Source of the DNA: Bacteroidales bacterium
GTDB lineage: Bacteria > Bacteroidota > Bacteroidia > Bacteroidales > UBA932
Assembly: GCA_016282145.1 (NCBI GenBank)
Contig: JAEEJZ010000079.1
Coordinates: 7,327 to 71,326 of the forward strand
Direction of reading: 5' to 3'
Length of the DNA stretch: 64,000 bases
Numbering within the stretch: the first letter of the stretch is position 1; each line of letters opens with the position of its first letter. This document shows, one piece after another, positions 24,472 to 34,400 of this stretch. Both the position numbers and the translations under genes were made by a program. The notes under the pieces are model-generated. The model saw only the letters and a list, made by a program, of their open reading frames with translations. It searched no databases and was not told where the DNA came from.

Positions 24472-25890
24472 ATGCAGGAAAGATACATAACCGCCATCGA
24501 CTTGGGTTCGAGCAAGATCGCTTTGAGTGTAGCCAAGCTCTCCGGACGCGACATCCAGGTCATCTATTACGACGAATGCCCCTCCGACGGCATCCGCTAC
24601 GGAAGCGTTTTCAATCCCAAGAAAGCGTCGATTCCCGTCGGCGAAGCCATCCGCAAGGCCGAGGATGAACTCGGCATCCGCATCCGCCAGGTAGTAACGG
24701 GACTCCCCCGCTACCGCGTGCGCCAGGAGATGAGCCCGGCCAAGGCGATGCGGCCCAACCCGGAAAGCTGCATCACGCGCGAGGAAATCGAGGCCATCAA
24801 GAATGCGGCCATCGACACCTATCCCATCGAGGACGAGACCCGCGAGGTGCTCTACGGCGCCATCAACCAGTCCTTCTCTACCGAGGACCTTATCCAGGCC
24901 TGCGAGGAGGACGTCATCGGCTGCACCGGCGACTTCGTGGAAGGCAATTTCAAACTCTATGTCGGGGACAGGCGGCCTTTGTCGAACCTGGAAAAACTCT
25001 TCGCCGAGCTGGACGTCACCCTGGCCGGCCGCTACTTCATGCCGGAAGTGACCGCGGACGCGGTACTGACCGAGGAGCAGAAGGAGAACGGCGTAGCCCT
25101 CATAGAAATCGGCGGCGGCGTCACTTCCCTGACCATCTATGCGGACAATATCCTGCGCCATTTCAGTTCCCTGCCCTTCGGCGGAAAGAGCGTGACCGCG
25201 GACATCAAGGCCGAGAGCGGCTTTCGCGAGAAACTCTGCGAGAACATCAAACTCGCCTTCGGCAACTGTCAGCCCGACCGCCTGGCCAATATGGCGGAAA
25301 AGGTCATCCAGGTCAACAACAACGAGACCGGCAGTTCCCGCCAGCTCAAGGTATATGACCTCGCCGAGATTGTCGGCGCCCGTATGGAGGAAATTATGGA
25401 TGCGGTGCTCTGGCAGATCGAGGAGAGCGGTTATGCCGACCGCCTGCGCACCGGCATCGTGCTGACCGGCGGCGGCGCGGACCTGACCGGGCTGGTGCCG
25501 ATGATGCGCGAACGCTCGGGCCGCTATGTCGAACTGGGCTTCCCGCGCCGGCATTTCTTCTCGGCGAGCGGCTTCCCTTCGATGCTGCAGACCGGAGCCG
25601 TCGCTTCGGCGGGCCTGCTGCTGCGTGCTGCGGCCGATCCTTACCTCAACTGCATCGAGATGCCGCCCGTCCAGGAAAAACCCTTCGAAGAAGAAGCGGA
25701 AGAAGAACCCACGCTGGTCCTGACCGCCCCCACGGATGAACCGGTCAAACCCAAACCCGCCAAGCCGAAGCCCGCCAGGCCGAAGGCGGATAAGGCGGAG
25801 CAAAAGCCCAATCTCATCTGGGGCAGCATCAAGCGGCTGACCGGCACGCTCTTCGACGGCATAGGTGGAACTTTTGAAGAAATCAACTGA
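24472..25890 (+). CDS. ftsA: Cell division protein FtsA
   Basis: ORF 24382..25890. The ATG at 24472 gives MQERYITAIDLGSSKIALSVA, an actin-like ATPase N-terminus. A Lys/Pro-rich linker and a C-terminal amphipathic tail (LIWGSIKRLTGTLFDGIGGTFEEIN) follow. Confidence 0.92.
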   Translation: MQERYITAIDLGSSKIALSVAKLSGRDIQVIYYDECPSDGIRYGSVFNPKKASIPVGEAIRKAEDELGIRIRQVVTGLPRYRVRQEMSPAKAMRPNPESCITREEIEAIKNAAIDTYPIEDETREVLYGAINQSFSTEDLIQACEEDVIGCTGDFVEGNFKLYVGDRRPLSNLEKLFAELDVTLAGRYFMPEVTADAVLTEEQKENGVALIEIGGGVTSLTIYADNILRHFSSLPFGGKSVTADIKAESGFREKLCENIKLAFGNCQPDRLANMAEKVIQVNNNETGSSRQLKVYDLAEIVGARMEEIMDAVLWQIEESGYADRLRTGIVLTGGGADLTGLVPMMRERSGRYVELGFPRRHFFSASGFPSMLQTGAVASAGLLLRAAADPYLNCIEMPPVQEKPFEEEAEEEPTLVLTAPTDEPVKPKPAKPKPARPKADKAEQKPNLIWGSIKRLTGTLFDGIGGTFEEIN

Positions 25891-25891
25891 T

Positions 25892-27118
25892 ATGAACGAT
25901 ATCCTCATTCCCGCCGACTGGGTGGTTTCCGACGAGATTATCAAGGTGGTCGGCATCGGCGGCGGCGGCTGCAACGCCGTCAACTATATGTACACGCAGA
26001 AGATCCAGGGCTGCAGTTTCGTCGTCTGCAACACTGATTCCCAGGCCCTGCAGGGCAGTCCCGTCCCGGCCAAACTGCAGATGGGTAAGGGACTGGGCGC
26101 GGGCTGCGACCCCGTCAAGGGACGCAACGCCGCCCTCGAGAGCCAGGACGAGATCGACAAGATGATCCTTGGGCCCGAGACCAAGATGCTCTTCATCACC
26201 GCCGGTATGGGCGGCGGCACCGGTACCGGCGCTACGCCCGTCATCGCCAAACTGGCCAAGGACAAGGGCATCCTGACCGTCGCCGTCGTGACGATGCCCT
26301 TCCTCCACGAGGGCAACGAGACGCGCGCCAGGGCCATCGACGGCATCCACGAGCTGGAGCGCCTGGTGGACAGCCTGCTGATCATCAACAACGAAAAACT
26401 CTACGAGTTCTTCGGCGACGCCTTCATCCAGGACGCCTTCCCGCAGGCGGACGAAGTACTTGCGACCGCCGTGCGCGGCATCGTGGAAATCATCAAGAAG
26501 CCGGGCTTCATCAATGTGGACTTCGAGGATGTCAAGACGATGATGCGCAGCAGCGGCATGGCCCTGATGGGACGCGGCAAGGGCAGCGGCCCCAACCGTA
26601 TCGACGACGCCATCCGCGAGGCCTTCCAGTCTCCCCTGCTGAACGATTTCGACCTCAAGTCGGCGCGCAACGTGCTCATCAATATCACGGCAGGCAACAA
26701 CGAGAACGGCCTGAAGATGCGCGACCTCGAACTCATCAACCAGAAAATCAACGAGTTCACCGGCGGCGCAAACAACTTCAAGCGCGGTCTCATCTGGGAT
26801 GACAACCCCGAAGGGGACGCCATCTACATCACCGCCATCGCCACGGGTTTCCGCTTCAACGACCTCATCGGTCCGGACGTAAACCTGGGCAAATACATCA
26901 TGATCGACCAGGATTTCGAATACGACCGCTTCGAGAACATCTCCGAGGATGGCATCTCCCTCCACGAGACCTCCCGCATCGAAATCGACGGCACCGACAC
27001 CTCCCGCCGCTTCCGCTACGACGCGGACGAGATGCCGGGACTGCTCTGGGCTGTCGAACAGGGCAATATCACGGAATTCGAGAATACGCCGGCTTTGCGC
27101 CGAAAGAGAACGAAATAA
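25892..27118 (+). CDS. ftsZ: Cell division GTPase FtsZ
   Basis: The ATG at 25892 lies 1 nt after the ftsA stop. Motifs are VVGIGGGGCNAV, the tubulin signature GMGGGTGTGATPV and a C-terminal peptide ENTPALRRKR. Confidence 0.95.
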   Translation: MNDILIPADWVVSDEIIKVVGIGGGGCNAVNYMYTQKIQGCSFVVCNTDSQALQGSPVPAKLQMGKGLGAGCDPVKGRNAALESQDEIDKMILGPETKMLFITAGMGGGTGTGATPVIAKLAKDKGILTVAVVTMPFLHEGNETRARAIDGIHELERLVDSLLIINNEKLYEFFGDAFIQDAFPQADEVLATAVRGIVEIIKKPGFINVDFEDVKTMMRSSGMALMGRGKGSGPNRIDDAIREAFQSPLLNDFDLKSARNVLINITAGNNENGLKMRDLELINQKINEFTGGANNFKRGLIWDDNPEGDAIYITAIATGFRFNDLIGPDVNLGKYIMIDQDFEYDRFENISEDGISLHETSRIEIDGTDTSRRFRYDADEMPGLLWAVEQGNITEFENTPALRRKRTK

Positions 27119-27120
27119 GC

Positions 27121-28638
27121 ATGAAAACCCGCGTACGCTTTGCGCCCTCCCCCACCGGCCCGCTGCATATGGGCGGTGTGCGCACGGCCCTTTACAATTA
27201 TCTCTACGCCAAGCGCAGGGGCGGCGATTTCATCCTGCGCATCGAGGATACGGATTCGCACCGCTTCGTGCCCGGCGCCGAGCAGTACATCATCGAATCG
27301 CTGCGCTGGTGCGGCATCGTGCCCGATGAGGGCGTAGGCATCGGCGGTCCGCATGCTCCCTACCGCCAGTCGGAACGGCGCGAAATCTATCGGCAGTATG
27401 CCGAGCAGCTCGTCGCTTCGGGCCATGCCTATTATGCTTTCGACAGTGCCGAATCGCTGGAGCAGGCGCGCGCACAGGCGGAAGCCTCCGGGCAGACCTT
27501 CATCTACAATAGCGCGACCCGCAGCGCGATGTGCAATTCCCTGACGCTCAGCGCAGAGGAAACGGAACGTCTGCTGCGCGAGACCGATACCTGGACCATC
27601 CGCTTCAAGATGCCGCTGGGACGCACCGTGCAGATGGACGACCTGATTCGCGGACACGTGGAAATCAACAGCGACACGCTGGACGACAAGGTGCTCTGGA
27701 AGCGGGCCGACAGCCTGCCGACCTACCATCTCGCCAATATCGTGGACGATCACCTGATGGAAATCACCGAGGTCATCCGCGGCGAGGAGTGGCTGCCGTC
27801 GCTCCCCCTGCATTACCTGCTCTATGAAGCCTTCGGCTGGCAGGACTCGATGCCCCGCTTTGCGCATCTGCCCCTGCTGCTCAAGCCCGTGGGCAACGGA
27901 AAACTGAGCAAGCGCGACGGTGACAAGATGGGCTTCCCGGTCTTCCCGCTGCGCTGGGTCAGCCCCACCGGCGAAGTCAGCCGCGGCTACCGCGAGGACG
28001 GCTATTTCCCCGAGGCCTTCGTGAATATGCTGGCGCTGCTGGGCTGGAATCCCGGCACGGAGCAGGAACTTTTCTCGATGGAAGAACTGGTCGAAGCCTT
28101 CTCCCTGGAGAAGGTCAGCAAGAGCGGCGCGAAGTTCAATCCGGAGAAGGCGAAGTGGTTCAACCGCGAATACCTGCGCGGGAAGGACGATGCCGAGCTT
28201 GCCGAAGCGTTCCTGCCGCTGCTGGAAGCGCAGGGCGTCCGGGCCGACAAGGCCTTTGTGGTCAAGGTAGTCGCTCTCATCAAGGAGCGGGCGACCTTCG
28301 TGTCGGATTTCTGGGACATCGCCTGGTATCTCTTCAAGGCCCCGACGGAGTACGATCCCAAGGACGCCGCGAAGTTCTGGAAGGACGAGAATCCTGCCCG
28401 CGTGCAGGAACTGGCCGCGTTCGTACGCGACTTTGACGGAGCGTTCGAGCGGGATGTCATCGGACCGGCGCTCGAAGAGTATATCCGCAGCCGGGAGTGG
28501 CCGATGGGCAAGGTGATGAATGCCTTGCGGCTGGCGCTGACCGGAAGCGGGAGCGGGCTCGGTATCGCCGATGTCGCCGCTTTGATCGGTAAGGAAGAAT
28601 TTTTGGCACGAGTGGATCGTTGTTGCAAATATGCATAA
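27121..28638 (+). CDS. gltX: Glutamate--tRNA ligase
   Basis: 505-aa ORF with RFAPSPTGPLHMGGVRTAL (HIGH region) and KLSKRDG (KMSKS region). Confidence 0.95.
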   Translation: MKTRVRFAPSPTGPLHMGGVRTALYNYLYAKRRGGDFILRIEDTDSHRFVPGAEQYIIESLRWCGIVPDEGVGIGGPHAPYRQSERREIYRQYAEQLVASGHAYYAFDSAESLEQARAQAEASGQTFIYNSATRSAMCNSLTLSAEETERLLRETDTWTIRFKMPLGRTVQMDDLIRGHVEINSDTLDDKVLWKRADSLPTYHLANIVDDHLMEITEVIRGEEWLPSLPLHYLLYEAFGWQDSMPRFAHLPLLLKPVGNGKLSKRDGDKMGFPVFPLRWVSPTGEVSRGYREDGYFPEAFVNMLALLGWNPGTEQELFSMEELVEAFSLEKVSKSGAKFNPEKAKWFNREYLRGKDDAELAEAFLPLLEAQGVRADKAFVVKVVALIKERATFVSDFWDIAWYLFKAPTEYDPKDAAKFWKDENPARVQELAAFVRDFDGAFERDVIGPALEEYIRSREWPMGKVMNALRLALTGSGSGLGIADVAALIGKEEFLARVDRCCKYA

Positions 28639-29068
28639 AATCGGACTATGCGCAGACCACGCCGGGTATGAAATGAAGGACCGGCTGAAGGCCTATCTGA
28701 AGAAGAAGGGCTATGAGGTGGTGGATTTCGGTACGGACGGGCCGCAGAGTATGGATTATCCGGACGTGGCGCATCCGCTGGCCCAGGCCGTTGAGCGTGG
28801 GGCCGTAGACGCCGGAATAGCGTTCTGTGGAAGCGGTGAGGGTATGGCGATGACGCTGAACAAGCATCAGGGCATCCGTGCCGGTCTGGCCTGGTCGCCG
28901 CAGATCGCCGCGCTGACCCGTCAGCACAACGATGCAAATGTGCTGGTGATGCCCGCGCGCTTCATTTCCTGGCGCATGGTCACGCTCATCACTTCGGCCT
29001 GGCTTTCCACGCCTTTCGAGGGCGGACGGCATCAGCGCCGTATCGACAAAATCCCCGTACAGGGATGA
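28631..29068 (+). CDS. rpiB: Ribose-5-phosphate isomerase B
   Basis: 145-aa ORF with CADHAGYEMK, CGSGEGMAMTLNK and HNDANVL, typical of RpiB/LacAB. Confidence 0.9.
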   Translation: MHKIGLCADHAGYEMKDRLKAYLKKKGYEVVDFGTDGPQSMDYPDVAHPLAQAVERGAVDAGIAFCGSGEGMAMTLNKHQGIRAGLAWSPQIAALTRQHNDANVLVMPARFISWRMVTLITSAWLSTPFEGGRHQRRIDKIPVQG

Positions 29069-29889
29069 GTGTCTGCATCGCGCAGAAGGGCTGTCCCCTG
29101 TCCCATCGGCTCGAGGATTACCCCGAGGGGCTGATTCTGCCCCTGGACAAGCCCTGGCGCTGGACCTCGGCGGACCTGGTGCGCAAGGTCAAGTTCGCCG
29201 TCTTCAAGCATTTCGGCAGCAAGCATATCAAGGTCGGGCACGCGGGGACGCTGGATCCGCTGGCGACGGGCGTGCTGCTTATCTGCGTCGGGAAAGCCAC
29301 CAAGCAGGCCGATGCGCTGCAGGCGCACGAGAAAGAATATGTCGCCGGAGTGACTTTCGGGGCGACGACCCCTTCCTACGACCGGGAAAAGGAGATCGAT
29401 GCCTTTTACCCGCTTGAGGGCCTGGACGCCGATGCCGTCGAAGCGGTATTCCCGCAATTTCTGGGCGACCAGATGCAGGTAGCGCCGCTTTTCAGCGCGA
29501 AGTCCGTCGATGGCGTACGCGCCTACGAAACCGCCCGGAAAATGCTTCGGGAGGGCCTTTCCGTCGAGGGAAGCGATATCCTGAAGGCATCGCCCGTTCA
29601 TATTTCCGCGTTGGAATTGCTGGATTTCTGCGACGGTGTTCCGGGCGACGCGGCTAGCGGGACTGAGGCGACCCAGCGAATCAACGTAGCGGAACTGCCC
29701 GCAGAAGGCCTCCGGACCGCGATGATCCGGGTGCAATGCAGCAAGGGCACCTATATCCGCGCCCTCGCCCGCGATCTTGGCGAGGCCCTCGGCAACGGGG
29801 CTTTCCTGAGCTCCCTGCGCCGTACCCGCAGCGGGGCCTTCCGCGTGGAAGACTGCCTGACGCTGGAAGAGGTTCTGGAAATTCTGTAA
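29065..29889 (+). CDS. truB: tRNA pseudouridine(55) synthase
   Basis: 274-aa ORF with DKPWRWTSADLV and GHAGTLDPLATGVLLICVGKATK (catalytic Asp motif). ATGA overlap with rpiB. Confidence 0.9.
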   Translation: MSVCIAQKGCPLSHRLEDYPEGLILPLDKPWRWTSADLVRKVKFAVFKHFGSKHIKVGHAGTLDPLATGVLLICVGKATKQADALQAHEKEYVAGVTFGATTPSYDREKEIDAFYPLEGLDADAVEAVFPQFLGDQMQVAPLFSAKSVDGVRAYETARKMLREGLSVEGSDILKASPVHISALELLDFCDGVPGDAASGTEATQRINVAELPAEGLRTAMIRVQCSKGTYIRALARDLGEALGNGAFLSSLRRTRSGAFRVEDCLTLEEVLEIL

Positions 29890-29913
29890 TAATCCTTTAT
29901 TTATATTGATATT

Positions 29914-31290
29914 ATGACATTTGCCATGATTATCCAGCTGCTGATCGTTCTTGCCGCACTCTATGTGGGCTCGCGTTACGGCAGCCTGGCCCTCGGGGCC
30001 ATTTCCGGCATCGGTCTGGCCATCCTGGTCTTCGGCTTCGGCCTCAAGCCCGGCACGCCGCCGACGGATGTGATTTACATCATCATCGCCGCAGTGACCT
30101 GTGCGGGAACCCTGCAGGCCTCCGGCGGTATGGACTGGATGATCCAGATTGCGGAGAGGCTGCTGCGCCGGCATCCGGAGCGCATTACCTTCCTGGCGCC
30201 GCTGGTCACCTTCTTCCTGACGGTGCTGGTGGGCACGGGACACGTCGTCTATACGATTATGCCCATTATCTGCGATATCGCACTGACCAAGGGCATCCGT
30301 CCCGAGCGTCCCTGCGCCGTCGCCTCCATCGCCTCGCAGGTGGGCATCACCTGCTCGCCCATCGCCGCGGCCGTGGTGGCCTTCGTCACCATCTCCAATG
30401 CCAACGGCTATATGGTGGCCATCCCGCAGGTGCTGATGGTTACGATTCCCGCCTGCCTGATGGGTCTGATGTGTGCGGCTGCCGCTTCCTACCACCGGGG
30501 CAAGGACCTGGACAAAGACCCCAAGTTCCAGGCCCGTCTCAAGGATAAGGAGGCCTATGAATTTATGTTCGGCCGTACCGCCACCACCCTGGACAAGGAG
30601 GTGAGCCGCAAGGGTAAGGCTTCCGTATTCGTATTTCTCGGCGCGCTTCTCGTCATTATCTGCTTCGCGTTCACGCAGATGATCAAGACCGGTGACGGGC
30701 GTCCGCTTTGCGAAGCCCTGGGCATCCCCAAGATGAATATCGTGATTCAGATCATCATGCTGACGGCGGCAGCCCTGAACATTATGTTCTGTGATGCGAA
30801 GCCGCGTGCGGCGGTCTCCGGGCCTGTATGGCAGAGCGGTATGATTGCCGTGGTGGCCATCTACGGCATCGCCTGGCTGGCGGACACCTACTTTGCCAAT
30901 TATATGGACATCATGAAGGCTTCCCTCGGGGAAATCGTGGCGGAGGCACCGTGGGCCATCGCCTTCGTCTTTTTCCTCGTCTCCGTGCTGATCAATTCGC
31001 AGGGCGCCGTGGTGGTGGCGATGCTGCCGCTGGCCTATTCCCTGGGGATCGCCGGGCCGGTACTGCTGGGCGTGATGCCCAGCGTTTACGGTTATTTCTT
31101 CATCCCGAACTATCCTTCGGACATTGCTACGGTCAACTTCGACCGCTCCCGTACGACGGTGATCGGCAAATACCTGCTCAACCACTCGTTCATGATGCCG
31201 GGACTGATCAGCGTCGGCGTATCCACCGTCGTCGGCTACTTGATCTGCAACGTCCTCTTCCCCGGCTACTTCACTTCCTTCATGCAATAA
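29914..31290 (+). CDS. dcuB: Anaerobic C4-dicarboxylate transporter, DcuA/DcuB family
   Basis: 458-aa polytopic membrane ORF. Its size and N-terminus resemble Dcu transporters. Assignment is at family level only. Confidence 0.8.
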   Translation: MTFAMIIQLLIVLAALYVGSRYGSLALGAISGIGLAILVFGFGLKPGTPPTDVIYIIIAAVTCAGTLQASGGMDWMIQIAERLLRRHPERITFLAPLVTFFLTVLVGTGHVVYTIMPIICDIALTKGIRPERPCAVASIASQVGITCSPIAAAVVAFVTISNANGYMVAIPQVLMVTIPACLMGLMCAAAASYHRGKDLDKDPKFQARLKDKEAYEFMFGRTATTLDKEVSRKGKASVFVFLGALLVIICFAFTQMIKTGDGRPLCEALGIPKMNIVIQIIMLTAAALNIMFCDAKPRAAVSGPVWQSGMIAVVAIYGIAWLADTYFANYMDIMKASLGEIVAEAPWAIAFVFFLVSVLINSQGAVVVAMLPLAYSLGIAGPVLLGVMPSVYGYFFIPNYPSDIATVNFDRSRTTVIGKYLLNHSFMMPGLISVGVSTVVGYLICNVLFPGYFTSFMQ

Positions 31291-31329
31291 GGAAGGGACT
31301 TCCCATTTAAGAAAATACCGTTAAAAATG

Positions 31330-31360
31330 AAATCCCAGGGCCCCGAGGACCCTGGGATTT
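31330..31360. terminator. Bidirectional intrinsic terminator between dcuB and the convergent PUL
   Basis: Perfect 11-bp stem AAATCCCAGGG / CCCTGGGATTT with a 9-nt loop. T-rich runs follow on both strands. Confidence 0.6.
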
Positions 31361-31400
31361 TCATATTCAGGCCGTTTTGTGAAATGCCGGGGCCCCGCGG

Positions 31401-34400
31401 CTACTCAGGCATAAAGCCCAGGGCGTAGAGGTTGATGTTGGCCTCTGCGTAGAAGTACACGACCGCAGCTTCCGTGATGCCTTCCAACTGCGCCGCCGTA
31501 ACCGTGTAGGTCATGGCCTCGGCACCGGAGGAAGTCGGCGTGAAGTCGTTCCAGAGCGTGGTCACTTTCTTGCCGTCCGCGGTGGTAGTCACCAGGATGA
31601 CGGCCCCCTTGCGGTCAGCGGCAGAGGAACTGCCGGAGATCAACTTGTGGGTAATCACGCCGGGCTTCGTAATCTTGAAGGAAGCGTAACGCTTGGTCGG
31701 GATGCCGTCCTCACCGAGGGTGGAAGCACCGTTGAACTTGACGCGCTTTCCGCTGGGATCAAAATTCATGGCAGCCCCGGAAGCACCGCAGTAGGTAACC
31801 TTGTCGATGACCTTTGCCTCTTCAAAGGCTCCGGCGGGGAACTTCTCCGCGTTGGTGAAGTCGGCGCTGTAAGCTTCATTGATGGCGTCGGGATCATCGA
31901 TCGGAGAAGGAGGGGTATCCCCTCCGTCCGAAGGCGTCCAGGTGATGGAATACAGGTTGATGCCGCTGTTGGTCGAGTAGATGTTGATGATATCACCCGC
32001 GCCGGAGGCCACTTCCCAACTCAGATCCGCAGGATCGCCGGCCTTGCCGGGCGCGTTCTGCGAAGAGATCAGGCTGCCGCCGATGGCCACGCCCAGGGGA
32101 CGCTCCCCATCCCCGCTGGAACGGGCGGAAATCACCAGGGTACCGGCACCGCCCGCGATGAACTGCAGGGAGGTCTTGACGCCGGGATTCCCGGTTCCAC
32201 CGAGTTGGATGCGCGGTTTCGGGTCCGTATCGGCATTGTCGATGCCGAATTTGAACTTACCGCCGCCGCAGAGCAGGTTCAGGTTGCCATAGACCACGTC
32301 TTTGGTAATCTCCGTACCGTTGCCGAACTTGTTGACGCCGCGCTGCATATAGTCCTTGTCCCAGACGGTGGGCGTCGTCTTGCTGACGGGCTTGAGCGTC
32401 TCATTGATGACAAACGAGGCGGAAGCCAGCTCAGAAGGCTGACGCACGAGATCGGTCTCCGCGGGAAGGGCCCTGACGCCGATCGAGTAATTGTCTGCGG
32501 CATACTTGGAAAGGTCAATGCTATAAGAAGTTTCCGTGGTGGACCAGGTATTGCCGATAAAGAGCAGCTCATAACTGCCCGCCTTGGGCACAGCATCCCA
32601 GGAAACGACCAGGGGCGTAGCGGAACCTTCGACGAACTCGGTCGCGCTGAGCGTCAGGACCGGCGTAGCCAGTTGGGAATCGCCGGGATCGATGTCATCG
32701 GTCCACTGCAGTCCGCTCAGGACGATGGGAGCGGTGGCATAGAGGTAAATCATAGTCTCGCTGCCCTCGACGATGTCCGGGAAGGTGATCATCTCGTTCT
32801 GCGCACCGACGGGGACACCCGCCTTGACGCTGCCGTTCATATTGACGACCAGCATGGCGAGCTGATCCTCCTGCGCCGCCGTGGAAACCACGACTGCACC
32901 GGGACGGTCCACCTTGATGCTGATACCGCCGTCCGCCGGACAGCCTGCGGCCATCGTCGGGGCAGAGGTGAAGCGGAATCCTTCCGGGGTAAACTCGATG
33001 GGGTTGGCGGCCACATAGAAGCGGATGCCGTCACGCACCATATCCTTGTTCGCCGCCTTCTTGAAGTACTTGGGATCCGTGAGGTTCCAGGTCTTGATGG
33101 GAACGGTCACATCCTGCGTCAGGTCTTCGGGCTCTTCCTTGTAAGGCTCGAGCCAGCGGGGATCGCCGGCCTGCGCCGCAGTGACCGCCGTGGAGATGAC
33201 GTAGAAGAGACTGCTTTCGCTGTCCATGCAGGGATCTTCGGAAAGCAGGGCACCGCCGCCGGCGACACACTTCTCCAGACCGAGGGTCTCCGCACTGCTG
33301 ACGATGTGCGAGAAGAAGCTGTCGTCGCAGTTATAGTACCAGTTCTTTGCAATTTCCGTGGGCAGTTTGTCCGCGGAGTTGGTACCGATCAGCGTGCAGC
33401 GCTTCGTGGCTGCGCCCTGGTCGCCGTAGCGCATGTTCAGGAAGACATTCTTCTTCAGGATGATGGCAGGATCGCCGCCCGCCGCATTCTTCGCACGGAC
33501 GTGGATCAGGCCGTTGGTGTTGCCGTCCACCCGGTAGAGCAGGTTGCTGAAGGTGCAATTGCTGATTTCGAGGCTCTCCAGGGTAGGATTCGCATCGATG
33601 CGGATGAACGAACGCATACCGTCGTAGAGCGAACTGTTGCTGAACTTCACGCTGCCGATCGCACATTTCTTACGGAAATCGAAGCAGTCGCCCTGATTGC
33701 CCTCGATATCGTGGATGAGGCAGTGGTCATAGACCACCGACGGGACAGTCAGGCCGTAGTTGTCATAGAAGATACCCTTGCTGTAACCGTGAATGTCGCA
33801 GTTCAGGGCGGTCACCTCGCTCATCGTACCGGCTTTGAGTATGGTGACCATATGGCCGTACTTGTAATCCATGCCGTCGAACTCAATGTTCTCGAAATGC
33901 AGGGAACTCACGACGTTGGGATCCGCCTGGAAGTCGCCCTGGAAGACGGGCTTCGCCCCTTCGAGGGTCTCTTCGCCATAGAGGGCCACGGGACCCGCAA
34001 GTTTCACGCTGAGGAGCATATAAGGCTCCTCGCGGTAGCGAAGCATAATCTTCGGCGCCGCATCTACGAGGGCCGCACGCAGGGCGGTGGTATCGGCCAC
34101 CTCCACTACGCCGGTCATGTCCGGACGGGTCCAGGCATAGACGGCGCCGCGGTCTGCGCTCTTGAAGTGCAGGGTCAGGCTGTAATGGGTAGAGGATTTC
34201 AGTCCTTCGACGATGGCGGCACCAAAGGCCACCTCCGACTCGGACAGGTCCATGCGGGTGTAATCCACGTCCTCGCCCAGCGGCGGGACGATGCGGATAT
34301 GGTCCACTTCCGGATCGGCCGTCCAGCTCATGGAGATACTGGTGGAAGTCCTGTCCACGAGGACGGGCTCCAGGGTACTCTTGATGGCCGTGGTCTCGAG

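Noticed and set aside
23326-25983. An 885-aa ORF that would fuse the LacI regulator to ~500 upstream residues.
   Set aside because: The upstream part is antisense to ftsA and has no motifs. The LacI helix-turn-helix begins right after internal Met codons at 24432 and 24393, so only the last ~355-368 codons are taken as the gene.
27176-27185. GTGTGCGCAC, the 10-bp core of the island palindrome, inside gltX.
   Set aside because: Only the central 10 bp match and the outer arms differ (GG...GG instead of TG...CA). It lies in the middle of the conserved HIGH-region codons (MGGVRTA) of an unrelated housekeeping gene, so it is most likely coincidental.
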